From assembly GCA_902774245.1 (NCBI GenBank), contig CACYHQ010000001.1:164654-228653 (forward strand): a DNA stretch of 64,000 nt, read 5' to 3'. Position numbers and translations under genes: made by a program. The notes beneath the pieces were generated by a model. The model ran no database searches and was not told where the DNA came from. It was given only the letters and a program-made list of their open reading frames with translations. This document shows, piece after piece, positions 37,689 to 46,875 of this stretch. How positions within the stretch are numbered: position 1 is the stretch's first letter; each line of letters starts with the position of its first letter. This DNA is from an uncultured bacterium (lineage in GTDB: Bacteria > Verrucomicrobiota > Lentisphaeria > Victivallales > UBA1829).

Positions 37689-38717
37689 TTATCGTCTTCC
37701 TCCATGGGCGGGAACGTCCAGCAGGGTTTGGATGCAGCGTTCGAGTTCGTCCATGGTGTCGGCGGGATCAAAGGTCGCGTCCGGCCCGAAACACCTCGCG
37801 ACCTTGCCGTCACGGCCGACGACGTATTTCGTGAAATACCATTTGACCGGACCGAGCGCCGAATAGATCGCAGGCCAGTCCGAACGGGATTTCGGTTTCG
37901 CCATCTGCGGGAACGTCACGCCGTACTCGGACGTGCGGAAAGCATGAATCTCTTCATCGGTGCGCGAATCATCCTGATTCGACAGGAACGGGCTATCCGT
38001 ACTGTATGGATTCCCCGGATTCGCCCTCAAATCCGGAAAATCAAGGATCTCGAAGCCGCGGTCGTGGTATTTCCGGTAGATATCTTCGAGGCGGGCGTAC
38101 TGCGGGGTGAAAAGATCGTCCGTGGCAGTGTTCACCACGAGTACGACCTTCCCCCGGAGATCGGCGGTCCGGATGACCTGTCCGTCCCACGTGGTGAGCT
38201 CGAAATCATAAAAGGACGGGTCCTTTTCTTTCCTCTGGTCCACAACATCCCAGTTGCCGAGATCGCCCGCCTGATTCCGCGCCGACAATCTGCCGCCGTC
38301 TTTCCCGTCGCCTTCCTTTCCGTCGGAACCGAGCGAGTAAATGTCGAATTCACCGTGTTTGCCTGGGAAGACGTAATGAAATTCGTTGCCCCACGGGTCA
38401 CGCGGAAGTGCCGGTTTGAGGTAGGGGCCATCCCATTTTTCGGCGTGGTCGATATTCTCCAGCAGCCCCAGGAGTGAGGACGGGCATGTCCCGACATCCT
38501 TCTCATATAACCGGACCGCCTCATCAAGAATCGTAATCAAATGATAGGTGTCGGCAAAATTGAGGTTGCGTTTGTAGCTGGTGCGGAAATTGTAAAACAG
38601 GAAAAAAACGCTTGCAAGGCAGAAAAAGAGCCAAGCCACAACGACAATGATTATCACGCGGTTGCCGCCGCGCTTCTTCTTTGCGGGACTTGTATCCTTG
38701 TCGGGATTATTGTTCAT
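37689..38717 (-). CDS. fusion protein: GspG-pseudopilin-like domain plus degenerate (catalytically dead) glutathione-peroxidase-like domain
   Basis: The N-terminal half matches the T2SS GspG core (PALPRDPWGNEFHYVFPGKHGEFDIYSLGSDGKEGDGKDGG...GDLGNWD) but lacks the GFTLIE prepilin leader. The C-terminal half aligns to GPx (VLVVNTATDDLFTPQY, GVTFPQMAKP, WYFTKYVVGRDGKV). The peroxidatic Cys/Sec position is Asp, and the tetrad Asn is Tyr. The gene's GC content is lower than the window average. Confidence 0.55.
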   Translation of the reverse strand: MNNNPDKDTSPAKKKRGGNRVIIIVVVAWLFFCLASVFFLFYNFRTSYKRNLNFADTYHLITILDEAVRLYEKDVGTCPSSLLGLLENIDHAEKWDGPYLKPALPRDPWGNEFHYVFPGKHGEFDIYSLGSDGKEGDGKDGGRLSARNQAGDLGNWDVVDQRKEKDPSFYDFELTTWDGQVIRTADLRGKVVLVVNTATDDLFTPQYARLEDIYRKYHDRGFEILDFPDLRANPGNPYSTDSPFLSNQDDSRTDEEIHAFRTSEYGVTFPQMAKPKSRSDWPAIYSALGPVKWYFTKYVVGRDGKVARCFGPDATFDPADTMDELERCIQTLLDVPAHGGRR

Positions 38718-38828
38718 AATAAGAGGTTTTTCAGATATTGACGATTCTCAGGAACAAATAAACATATCACAAAAACGGCACAAAATCAAGAAAAGGATGA
38801 AACATTTCACCCAAAAAGGATGCAAACG

Positions 38829-41423
38829 TCAGAACAGGGTGGGCTGTTCGGGCTCGTCGTCCTCGTTTTCCAAGGAGGTTTTGCGCGTCTTTTTCGTGTG
38901 GAACTTCGCGTGGCGTTCGCGGAGGATGGGGCGCGTGTAGGAGGGCATCCCAGCGTCGGCGATGGCGTTTTCCTCGAGGTTTTCGAGGATTTCGCGGGCG
39001 CGGACGATCACGTCGTTGGGGAGTCCGGCGAGCTTGGCGACATGGATGCCGTAGCTCTTGTCGGCGGCTCCGGGGACGATCTGGCGCAGGAAGATGATCT
39101 GGTCGCCGTATTCGCGGACGGCAACGTTGTAGTTCTTCACGCCTTTGCGCGTGAGGGCGAGCTCGGTCATCTCGTGGTAATGCGTGGCGAACTGGGTACG
39201 CGCGCGGGCGGACGGGTGGTCGAGGAGGTATTCGGCGACGGAGAGCGCGATGGAGAGTCCGTCGAACGTGCTGGTGCCGCGTCCGATCTCGTCGAGGATC
39301 ACGAGGCTCTTGCTGGTGGCGTGGTTCAGGATGTTCGCGGTCTCGATCATTTCGACCATGAACGTGCTCTGGCCGCGCGCGAGGTCGTCCATGGCGCCGA
39401 CGCGGGTGAACACGCGGTCCACGAGCCCGACGTGCGCCTCGTCCGCGGGGATGAACGAGCCCATCTGCGCCATGATGACGAGCAGCGCGGTCTGGCGGAT
39501 GTAGGTGGATTTGCCGGCCATGTTCGGGCCGGTGATGATCATCATGCGGTTGTCGCCGCCGTCGAGGAGCGTGTCGTTCGGCACGAAGCGTTCGCTTTCC
39601 ATCTTCGCGTCGAGCACGGGGTGGCGTCCGGCGACGATATGCAGGACGTCGTCGTCCGCGACATGCGGGCGGCAGTAACGGTATTTGGAGGCGCATTCGC
39701 CGAGGGCGGTCAGGACGTCGAGGCGGGCAACGGAGAACGCCGCCTTCTGAATCTCGCCTGTGAAGGTGCGCGCGTAGGTGCGGAGTTCGTCGAAGAGCTG
39801 TTTTTCGAGGGAGACGGCCTTGTCGGACGCGCCGAGTATCTTGCTTTCCATTTCCTTGAGCTCGGGCGTGATGAATCGTTCGCAGTTGACGAGCGTCTGT
39901 TTGCGGACGTAGTCGTCGGGAACGCGCGCGAGGTTGCTCTTCGAGACCTCAATGTAGTAGCCGAAGACGCCGTTGAAATGCACCTTCAGCGTCTTGATGC
40001 CGGTGCGCTCCTGTTCCTTCGCCTGAAGCGCGGCGATCCAGGACTTGCCGTCGGTGATGGCGGATCGGAAGACGTCGAGGTCGTGGTTGAAGCCCTCGCG
40101 GATGAAGCCGCCCTCGGCCATGTCCGCCGGGGGATCGTCGGCGATGGCGGCGAAGATGCGCGAGGTGAGCTCGGGGAAATCGCCGAGACCGTCGCGGATG
40201 CGTTCGACGAGCGGCAGGTCGTAGGCGTTCAGGATCATCTTGAGGCCGGGCAGGACGGAGAGGCTGTGGCCGAGCGCGAGCAGGTCGCGCGGGGTGAGCG
40301 CGCCCGCGTTGAGCTTGGCGGTGAGGCGTTCCATGTCGCGGATGGAGAGGAGCGTTTCGCGGATCTCCTGCCGGGTCAGGACCTCGTCCTTCATGAGCCC
40401 GACGACGTCCTGGCGCTCCACGATCGCGTCGACGTCGCGGAGCGGCTTCAGGAGCCAGCTGCGCATGAGGCGGGACCCCATGGCGGTGGACGTGTGGTCG
40501 AGGACCTGCAGGAGCGTGCCCTCGCGGCCGCCGCCGTGCAGCGCGTCGACGAGCTCCAGGTTGCGCTGGCAGACGGGGTCGAGCCCGAGGTATTTTTCGC
40601 TGTAGTTGCGGCGGATGGAGACGATGTGTCCGGTGCTGCGGCGGAGGTTTTCGGCGGCGTAGTGCAGCACGGCACCGGCGGCGCGGACGCCGCACGCGCA
40701 GTCCTTCAGTCCGAAGCCGTCGAGCACGGCCACGGAGAACTGGCGTTTCAGGAGCTCGGAGGTGTGTTCAAAGGAGAAGATCCAGTCGTCGAGCGGGGTC
40801 CACAGGATCGGCCGGATGAGCGCGGGGCGTCCGCCGGTCTGCTCCCACTGGTCGTGGAGCGAACGCGGCAGGAGGCATTCGCGGGGCTGGAGGCGCTGGA
40901 GCTCGCTTTCGAAGGCTTCGCGGGTGTCGAGGCGTTCAGTCTGGAATTCGGCGGTACTGATGTCAAGCCAGGCGAGCCCGTAGACGTCCTTGTCCTCCGC
41001 CACGACCGCGCAGAGGAAGTTGTTGTCGCCGGGCTTCAGGAACGACGCGTCGAGGATGGTGCCGGGCGTGATGATGCGGGTGATGGCGCGCTGGACCAGG
41101 CCCTTCGCGAGCGCCGGGTCCTCCATCTGCTCCGCCACCGCCACTTTCAGCCCGGCGTCGAGCAGTTTCGGGATGTAGGCGTCAACAGCGCGGTACGGCA
41201 CGCCGCACATGGGGTTGTTCGCGCGGTGAGTCAGGACCAGGTCGAGGATCGGGGCGGCGCGCAGGGCGTCCTCGAAGAACATCTCGTAAAAATCGCCGGC
41301 ACGGAAGAGCAGGATGGAGTCGGCGGGGGATTCCGCCTTCGCCTGAAGGTACTGCTTCATCATCGGCGTGATGTTCTTCTCGCCGAAGTCCTCGGGGGAA
41401 CGCTGTTTCGGGGGTCTGCTCAT
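38829..41423 (-). CDS. mutS: DNA mismatch repair protein MutS
   Basis: The 864-aa product begins with an NITPMMKQYL N-terminus. It has Walker A GPNMAGKST and the C-terminal HTH domain. Confidence 0.9.
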   Translation of the reverse strand: MSRPPKQRSPEDFGEKNITPMMKQYLQAKAESPADSILLFRAGDFYEMFFEDALRAAPILDLVLTHRANNPMCGVPYRAVDAYIPKLLDAGLKVAVAEQMEDPALAKGLVQRAITRIITPGTILDASFLKPGDNNFLCAVVAEDKDVYGLAWLDISTAEFQTERLDTREAFESELQRLQPRECLLPRSLHDQWEQTGGRPALIRPILWTPLDDWIFSFEHTSELLKRQFSVAVLDGFGLKDCACGVRAAGAVLHYAAENLRRSTGHIVSIRRNYSEKYLGLDPVCQRNLELVDALHGGGREGTLLQVLDHTSTAMGSRLMRSWLLKPLRDVDAIVERQDVVGLMKDEVLTRQEIRETLLSIRDMERLTAKLNAGALTPRDLLALGHSLSVLPGLKMILNAYDLPLVERIRDGLGDFPELTSRIFAAIADDPPADMAEGGFIREGFNHDLDVFRSAITDGKSWIAALQAKEQERTGIKTLKVHFNGVFGYYIEVSKSNLARVPDDYVRKQTLVNCERFITPELKEMESKILGASDKAVSLEKQLFDELRTYARTFTGEIQKAAFSVARLDVLTALGECASKYRYCRPHVADDDVLHIVAGRHPVLDAKMESERFVPNDTLLDGGDNRMMIITGPNMAGKSTYIRQTALLVIMAQMGSFIPADEAHVGLVDRVFTRVGAMDDLARGQSTFMVEMIETANILNHATSKSLVILDEIGRGTSTFDGLSIALSVAEYLLDHPSARARTQFATHYHEMTELALTRKGVKNYNVAVREYGDQIIFLRQIVPGAADKSYGIHVAKLAGLPNDVIVRAREILENLEENAIADAGMPSYTRPILRERHAKFHTKKTRKTSLENEDDEPEQPTLF

Positions 41424-41446
41424 GGTCGACGTGTGCCTGTGCCGCC

Positions 41447-41800
41447 TCAGAAGGGAACGTTGTCCAAGTCGCCGTCATCCGTTTCCGGAGCGCGGGACGG
41501 CGCATTATTGTTCCGGGCGGGCGGGATGAAGGTGTCGCCGCCGTCGGCTTCGGGCTGGAACGGCGCCCAGGTCTGGCCTTCGGGACCGTCCTTCGTGAGA
41601 ATCTCGATCTTGCGCTTGAGCGTTTCGAGCTTCTGCTGGCAGTAGACGGAAAGGCGTTTCGCCTCCTCGAACGACGCGATCACATCCTCAAGGCGCGTGT
41701 TGCCGTTCTCCATGGACCGGACGAGCGATTCGAGCTTGGCCATGGCATCTTCGAACGACATTTCCCGGTCGGGCGCGGAATCCTTTTCTGTCTGCGGCAT
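41447..41800 (-). CDS. xseB: exodeoxyribonuclease VII small subunit
   Basis: The core region SFEDAMAKLESLVRSMENGNTRLEDVIASFEEAKRLSVYCQQKLETLKRKIEIL matches the XseB helical hairpin. Shine-Dalgarno GGGAGA precedes the ATG at 41800. The C-terminal tail is disordered. Confidence 0.65.
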   Translation of the reverse strand: MPQTEKDSAPDREMSFEDAMAKLESLVRSMENGNTRLEDVIASFEEAKRLSVYCQQKLETLKRKIEILTKDGPEGQTWAPFQPEADGGDTFIPPARNNNAPSRAPETDDGDLDNVPF

Positions 41801-42018
41801 CGTGGTGATCTCCCTGTAAAAAACGATCGGAACAAAAAGCGTATCAGGAATTATACATCCGAAAACGGAATAGTCAAATTGAAAGCGCCGGAAAGACGGA
41901 TTTTTTCCGAAAAAAGGAAAAAAGATGGAAAAAGCGGCTTGATAAAAAACATCGGAATGCTATATTATGGGGATAAACTATTTCCATCACTACCACTACA
42001 AGAAAGGCACCCCCTACC

Positions 42019-43170
42019 ATGATGATCAAATGCCAGAAGTGCGGCTTCGAGAACCAGATGGGCAGCATTTTCTGCCGCGAGTGCGGCGAGAAGCTGAATA
42101 TGGATGCGATCGATCCGAACAAGCTTCAGAAGGATGTCAACAAAGAGAAAAACATCAAGCTCGCCAAGAAACGCATCAAGGAAGCGATCTCCACCGGATG
42201 CGGCCTGCTCGTCGTCGCGGCGTTCCTCGGCGTGGTGTTCTATAACGGCGGCCTCCGCCAGTATGAAGAACCGGCCGTGACCGAAGCGGTCGCCAACCAG
42301 AAATTCAACGCCGCCGTCACCGGGACTGCGGCCGCCAAGGTGAAATACACCTATCCGGAACTCACCCGTATGTTCAACACCAGAGTCGTGGCTCCGCTCT
42401 CCGAGCAGGATTCCTTCGCCAAGGTCACGAACGCCGAGATCACGTACGACGCGGAAAAGAACCAGCCGGTGATCTACCTCTGGATCAAACTCAAGGACAA
42501 AGTGCCCGTGATCTACACCATCCACGGCAACCTCATCTTCAACGCCTCCGACGATCCGACCTCAGGTGTCGCGCCTCTGTCGCTCGACGTGAAGCGCCTC
42601 GACATCGGCCGTCTCCCGGTCTTCGTGAGCACGAACTCCTTCCTCGGCGGATTCTCCACCCTGATCGAGAACGGAGAAGTCGGAAACTTCTTCTCCCGCG
42701 CCAAGAGTGTGGAATTCGACGGCGACGGCATGACCGTCGAATTCGGCAAGGGCAGCGGTTCCGCCTCATACGCGCCGCAGGCCTCCGCCGCCGCAGGCGT
42801 AGCCGCCCTCAAGGGCGGTTCCACCGCCGCACTCTCCGAAAAGGATCAGGAAGCCGCCGAACGCAAGAAACAGCTCGCGGAGGAAAAGAAGCAGAAAGCC
42901 GCTGAAGCCGCCGAGAAGAAGAAAATGGAAGAGGAAGAACGCAAGCGCAAGGCCGAAGAGTACCGTCAGCAGCAGAAAGAGAAGGAAGAAGAGCGAAAGC
43001 GCAAGCTCGAAGAGGAAAAAGAACGCAAGAAACAGGAAAAGGAAGAGCGCGAACGCCAGATCCGCGAGGAGAACGAGAGAAGAAGACAGGAGCGCGAGGA
43101 CCGTCGCCGCGACCGTCAGAACAACAACTACAACTCCCGCAGCAGCAGAAGCTCCCGCAACCGCTACTGA
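42019..43170 (+). CDS. hypothetical zinc-ribbon membrane protein with Lys/Glu-rich coiled-coil tail
   Basis: Starts MMIKCQKCGFENQMGSIFCRECGEKL. Has a transmembrane helix (GCGLLVVAAFLGVVFY), a periplasmic domain of about 200 aa, and a KE/RE-rich charged tail. Confidence 0.5.
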   Translation: MMIKCQKCGFENQMGSIFCRECGEKLNMDAIDPNKLQKDVNKEKNIKLAKKRIKEAISTGCGLLVVAAFLGVVFYNGGLRQYEEPAVTEAVANQKFNAAVTGTAAAKVKYTYPELTRMFNTRVVAPLSEQDSFAKVTNAEITYDAEKNQPVIYLWIKLKDKVPVIYTIHGNLIFNASDDPTSGVAPLSLDVKRLDIGRLPVFVSTNSFLGGFSTLIENGEVGNFFSRAKSVEFDGDGMTVEFGKGSGSASYAPQASAAAGVAALKGGSTAALSEKDQEAAERKKQLAEEKKQKAAEAAEKKKMEEEERKRKAEEYRQQQKEKEEERKRKLEEEKERKKQEKEERERQIREENERRRQEREDRRRDRQNNNYNSRSSRSSRNRY

Positions 43171-43194
43171 TTTCTTGAAGGCCGTCGGCTCGCC

Positions 43195-44076
43195 ATGTCT
43201 GACCCAGGTGCACAGGACCGGGAAAGATTCCGGGAAATCTTTCCGTTTGAGGCGAATTTCCTCGAAGTCGACGGCCAGAATCTGTGTTATTTCGATGAAG
43301 GGACCGGCCCAGCGCTGGTCCTGATTCATTCTTGCCCGATGTCGGCGTTCGCGTTCCGCAGCGTGATCCGCGAATTCCGCACGAGCATGCGCGTGATCGC
43401 CTACGACCAGCTCGGATTCGGGCGTTCCGACAAGCCGCTGAACTTCGATTACCGCATCGAGAACCACATCGAGCATCTGGAACGCCTGCTCAACCACCTC
43501 GGGATCACCGACCGCATCACGCTCGTGATGCACGGACGAGGCGCGGCCATCGGCATGGGCTACGCGGCCCGCCACCCGGAAAGCGTCGATTCCTTCATCA
43601 TCATGAACGCTATGTCGTTCTCCGATTTCTCGCTGCCGCTGCGCCTCCGCATCTGCAAGCTCCCGATCCTCGGAAACATCCTCGTCAACAAGTTCAATTT
43701 CTTTCTCCGTCCGCCGTACCGCTACCCGAAACTCGTCCGCGACGCCTATCTAATGCCGTTCCCCCTGAAGGAGGACCGCTGTGCCCTCATGGAGTTCATC
43801 AAGTCTCTGCCGTGCGCACCGGAGGACAAGTCGGCACAGTCGCTGATCGAGATCGAGACGGAGATCTGGCAGCTCCGGGAGAAACGCGCGCTGATCCTGT
43901 GGGGCGGGAAGGACTGGCTCTACACGAAGCGCGCCCTGCGGAAATGGACGGAGTATTTCCCGTCCGCGAAAGTCGTCATCCTGCCCCTCGCCGGGCGCTT
44001 CCTCATGGAGGACGATCCGGCGGAGTTCATCACTAATGTCAGGGAATTTTTTGAAGAAGGAAAGAAAAAGCCATGA
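43195..44076 (+). CDS. alpha/beta-fold hydrolase
   Basis: The nucleophile-elbow context LVMHGRGAAIGMGYA carries a non-canonical GxRxG in place of GxSxG. The typical fold length and an HGW-like region are present. Confidence 0.65.
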   Translation: MSDPGAQDRERFREIFPFEANFLEVDGQNLCYFDEGTGPALVLIHSCPMSAFAFRSVIREFRTSMRVIAYDQLGFGRSDKPLNFDYRIENHIEHLERLLNHLGITDRITLVMHGRGAAIGMGYAARHPESVDSFIIMNAMSFSDFSLPLRLRICKLPILGNILVNKFNFFLRPPYRYPKLVRDAYLMPFPLKEDRCALMEFIKSLPCAPEDKSAQSLIEIETEIWQLREKRALILWGGKDWLYTKRALRKWTEYFPSAKVVILPLAGRFLMEDDPAEFITNVREFFEEGKKKP

Positions 44077-45512
44077 CCCGGGAATCCATCCAGCTGGAAA
44101 TGAATTTCGACGGAACCAACGAGAACCGGTTCAAACAGAGGTTCGACCTCGGCGAGTTCCAGCTCATCGCCGAACTCCCCGTCCCGTCCGCCGATACGCC
44201 GCTGGCCGACGCCGTGCGCCGCGCCTCCGATTTTGAATACCTGATCCACTCGCAGGAAGGACCGAAGGCATCCATCGCGTTCGTGAACGAAGCGCCCGCG
44301 GGCTACGCGCTCGACATGGTGCAGTTCGCGACGGAACTGTGCAAATACTCCCGCGACCGCCACATCCTGTATCTGCGCGGCCGCGACAACACGCTCAAGG
44401 ACATTCTGGAATCGGTCCGGCACGCGCACTCCGAGGGATTCAAGAATTTCTGCACAGTGACAGGCTCGGCGGTGCCCGGCGAGAGCGAAGCGGAAACGCG
44501 CAAGCACGTGTTTCTGGAAAGCATCAACATCCTCGGCGCGCTGCGCGACGCCGGACTGCCCTCGATCTCCGTCGGGGCGACGGTCAATCCGTACCAATAC
44601 ACGCCCGAATCCGCCCTGGCGCAGTCGTTCAAGATGTTCCGCAAGCTCGCGAACGGAGCGGATTATCTGGTCGCCCAGTACGGCTGGGACATGATGAAGC
44701 TCCAGGAAATGATCTGGAACCTCTTCCGCCGCGAGATCAATATCCCGACCGTGGCGAGGTTGATGTTCCTGACGCCCGACAACGCCGAACAGCTTTGCGC
44801 GGGCGGGTTTCACGGGGTGAACATCTCGCCCGACTTCGAAAAGCTCCTGAAGATCGAACGCGCCCACTCGTTCGCGCAGTTCGAGGCCGCCCAGCTCCGC
44901 CGCATCCAGATTCACGCAGCCGGGGCGCGTCTGCTCGGGTTCAGCGCCGTCCAGATCGCGGGTGTCACGAACGTGTCCCTCCTCGAAACGATCCTTCAGA
45001 AAGTCCGCGAGGCGTTCCAGGAATTCCAGACGTTCGAGGACTGGCGCACCGCCTACCGGGAGTATTACGACCGCCTCGACATGGCCCCCTACCCGAACGA
45101 GTTCTACCTCTTCGACAAACTGCTGGAGACCGATCTCCCGGCCGAACAGCTCTCGTTCGAATCGGGGATCCGGCCGCCGACCGGCTCCGAAAAATTCCAT
45201 CGTAAGCTCGCCGGCGCGCTCTTCGCGAACGCGGACAAACTACCCGCACGGGAACGCCGCCTGACCAAGAAGCTCCTCGTTTCCTGCCGCGGATGCGATC
45301 TGTGCAGACTGCCGCGGACCGACTACGTCTGCCCGGAGACCTGCCCGAAAGGACTCGCGAACGGGTCCTGCGGCTGCAACAGGGCGAACAACGGCTGCGA
45401 GCTCATGGATGCGGAATGCGTCTACGCGAAGCGCGTCAGGCTCGCGAACAGCCGCATCGACTATTCCTCGCTGGAGGACGGTGCGGTCCCGCCTATTGAG
45501 GAACGTCCCTGA
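44073..45512 (+). CDS. methylenetetrahydrofolate reductase-like protein with C-terminal Cys-rich (zinc-ribbon-like) domain
   Basis: The central region aligns to the MetF TIM barrel (LYLRGRDNT, ISVGATVNPY, NGADYLVAQYGWD, PTVARLMFLTPDNA). The C-terminus is CRGCDLCRLP...CPETCPKGLANGSCGC. Overlaps the hydrolase gene by 4 nt. Confidence 0.5.
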   Translation: MTRESIQLEMNFDGTNENRFKQRFDLGEFQLIAELPVPSADTPLADAVRRASDFEYLIHSQEGPKASIAFVNEAPAGYALDMVQFATELCKYSRDRHILYLRGRDNTLKDILESVRHAHSEGFKNFCTVTGSAVPGESEAETRKHVFLESINILGALRDAGLPSISVGATVNPYQYTPESALAQSFKMFRKLANGADYLVAQYGWDMMKLQEMIWNLFRREINIPTVARLMFLTPDNAEQLCAGGFHGVNISPDFEKLLKIERAHSFAQFEAAQLRRIQIHAAGARLLGFSAVQIAGVTNVSLLETILQKVREAFQEFQTFEDWRTAYREYYDRLDMAPYPNEFYLFDKLLETDLPAEQLSFESGIRPPTGSEKFHRKLAGALFANADKLPARERRLTKKLLVSCRGCDLCRLPRTDYVCPETCPKGLANGSCGCNRANNGCELMDAECVYAKRVRLANSRIDYSSLEDGAVPPIEERP

Positions 45513-45516
45513 GTTT

Positions 45517-45565
45517 CCCCAGGACAAGTCCTGGACTGCGGCAGTGCGCGGCTACGCTCGCGTAC
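45517..45565. repeat. REP-like palindromic element, copy 2
   Basis: ccccaggacaagtcctggac...agtgcgcggctacgctcgcgtac lies immediately after the MTHFR-like stop and before the convergent dctM gene. Confidence 0.45.
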
Positions 45566-45577
45566 GCATCAAACTGG

Positions 45578-46873
45578 TCATTTGCCAAGTAGCGAGGGCA
45601 GCCAGTCGGAAAGCCACGGAATGTACGTGATCAGCGCCACCGAGACGACCATCGCGATCCAGAAGGGGATCATGGCCGGGGTGACTTTCGCGATCGACGT
45701 CTTGCCGATGCCGCAGCCGATGAAGAGGCAGGTGCCGACCGGCGGCGTGCAGAGTCCGATGCAGAGGTTCGCGATCATCATGATGCCGAACTGGATGTCC
45801 GTCATGCCGAATTCGCGCACGATCGGGAGGAAGATCGGGGTGAAGATCAGGACGGCGGGCGTCATGTCCATGAACGCGCCGACGACCAGAAGCAGGATGT
45901 TGATGAAGATCAGGATGACGACCGGGCTGGAGGAAAGCGACATCATCCACGCGCTCACGGTGCCGGGGATGTTCGCCACGGTCATGATCCAGCTCATGGA
46001 GGAGCTGACGCCGATCAGGAACATCACGACGGCGGTCGTGATGCCGGTTTCCCTCAGGATGCCGGGCAAGTCTTTGAACTTGACTTCGCGGTACAGGAAC
46101 ACGCTCAGGATGAACGCATAGGCGACGGCGACGGCGGCGGCCTCCGTGGCGGTGAAGATACCTTTCAGGATACCGCCGATGATGATGACCATCAGGAAGA
46201 GGCTCAGGAACGCCTGCCGGAACGTGGTCCACAGGACGGAGAACGGCACGCGTTTCTCGAACTTCGCGCCGGAGCGCGCCGCGTGGATGATGCACGCGGC
46301 GATGATGCACAGGCCCATCACGATGCCCGGCACGACGCCGGCGAGGAACATCGCCGCGATCGACACGGAGCCGCATGCCACGGCATAGACGATCATGATG
46401 TTGGACGGCGGGATGATGAGGCCGGTCGTGGCGGAGGTCGTGGTCAGCGCCGTCGAGAAGTCGCGGTCATAGCCTTTCTCCACCATTTCCGGGATCATGA
46501 AGCCGCCCACGCTGGCGACCGCCGCGCCAGCCGAGCCGGAGATCGACCCGAAGAGCATGCACGTGATCGTGTTCGCGTACGCCAGGCCGCCGGGCAGATG
46601 GCCGACCAGCGCCGAAGCAAAGTTAATCAGACGGCGCGCCATGCCGCCGCGTCCCATCAGGATGCCCGACAGCACGAAGAACGGGATGGCGAGCAGCGGG
46701 AACGAGTTGATGCCGAACATCATGCGTTCCGGCACAATGATCTCGGGACGGAACGAACCGCCCGCGACCGCCACGCCGAGCATGGTGGCGGCGCCGATCG
46801 CCACGGCAACCGGGACGTTCAGGAAGAGCAGCGAGAAGAAGATCAGCGCGAGAACAAAGCCTACACACTCCAT
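45578..46873 (-). CDS. dctM: TRAP transporter large permease subunit
   Basis: About 12 transmembrane helices. The product begins MECVGFVLALIFFSLLFLNVPVAVAIGAATMLG. The start was chosen at the Met 2 nt after the dctQ stop. Confidence 0.85.
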   Translation of the reverse strand: MECVGFVLALIFFSLLFLNVPVAVAIGAATMLGVAVAGGSFRPEIIVPERMMFGINSFPLLAIPFFVLSGILMGRGGMARRLINFASALVGHLPGGLAYANTITCMLFGSISGSAGAAVASVGGFMIPEMVEKGYDRDFSTALTTTSATTGLIIPPSNIMIVYAVACGSVSIAAMFLAGVVPGIVMGLCIIAACIIHAARSGAKFEKRVPFSVLWTTFRQAFLSLFLMVIIIGGILKGIFTATEAAAVAVAYAFILSVFLYREVKFKDLPGILRETGITTAVVMFLIGVSSSMSWIMTVANIPGTVSAWMMSLSSSPVVILIFINILLLVVGAFMDMTPAVLIFTPIFLPIVREFGMTDIQFGIMMIANLCIGLCTPPVGTCLFIGCGIGKTSIAKVTPAMIPFWIAMVVSVALITYIPWLSDWLPSLLGK

Positions 46874-46875
46874 CG

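Noticed and set aside
37255-45565. The two REP-like copies, considered as terminal repeats of an 8.2-kb mobile island
   Set aside because: The enclosed genes include mutS and xseB core genes. No integrase or transposase is present. The elements are simply located between convergent genes as REP elements usually are.
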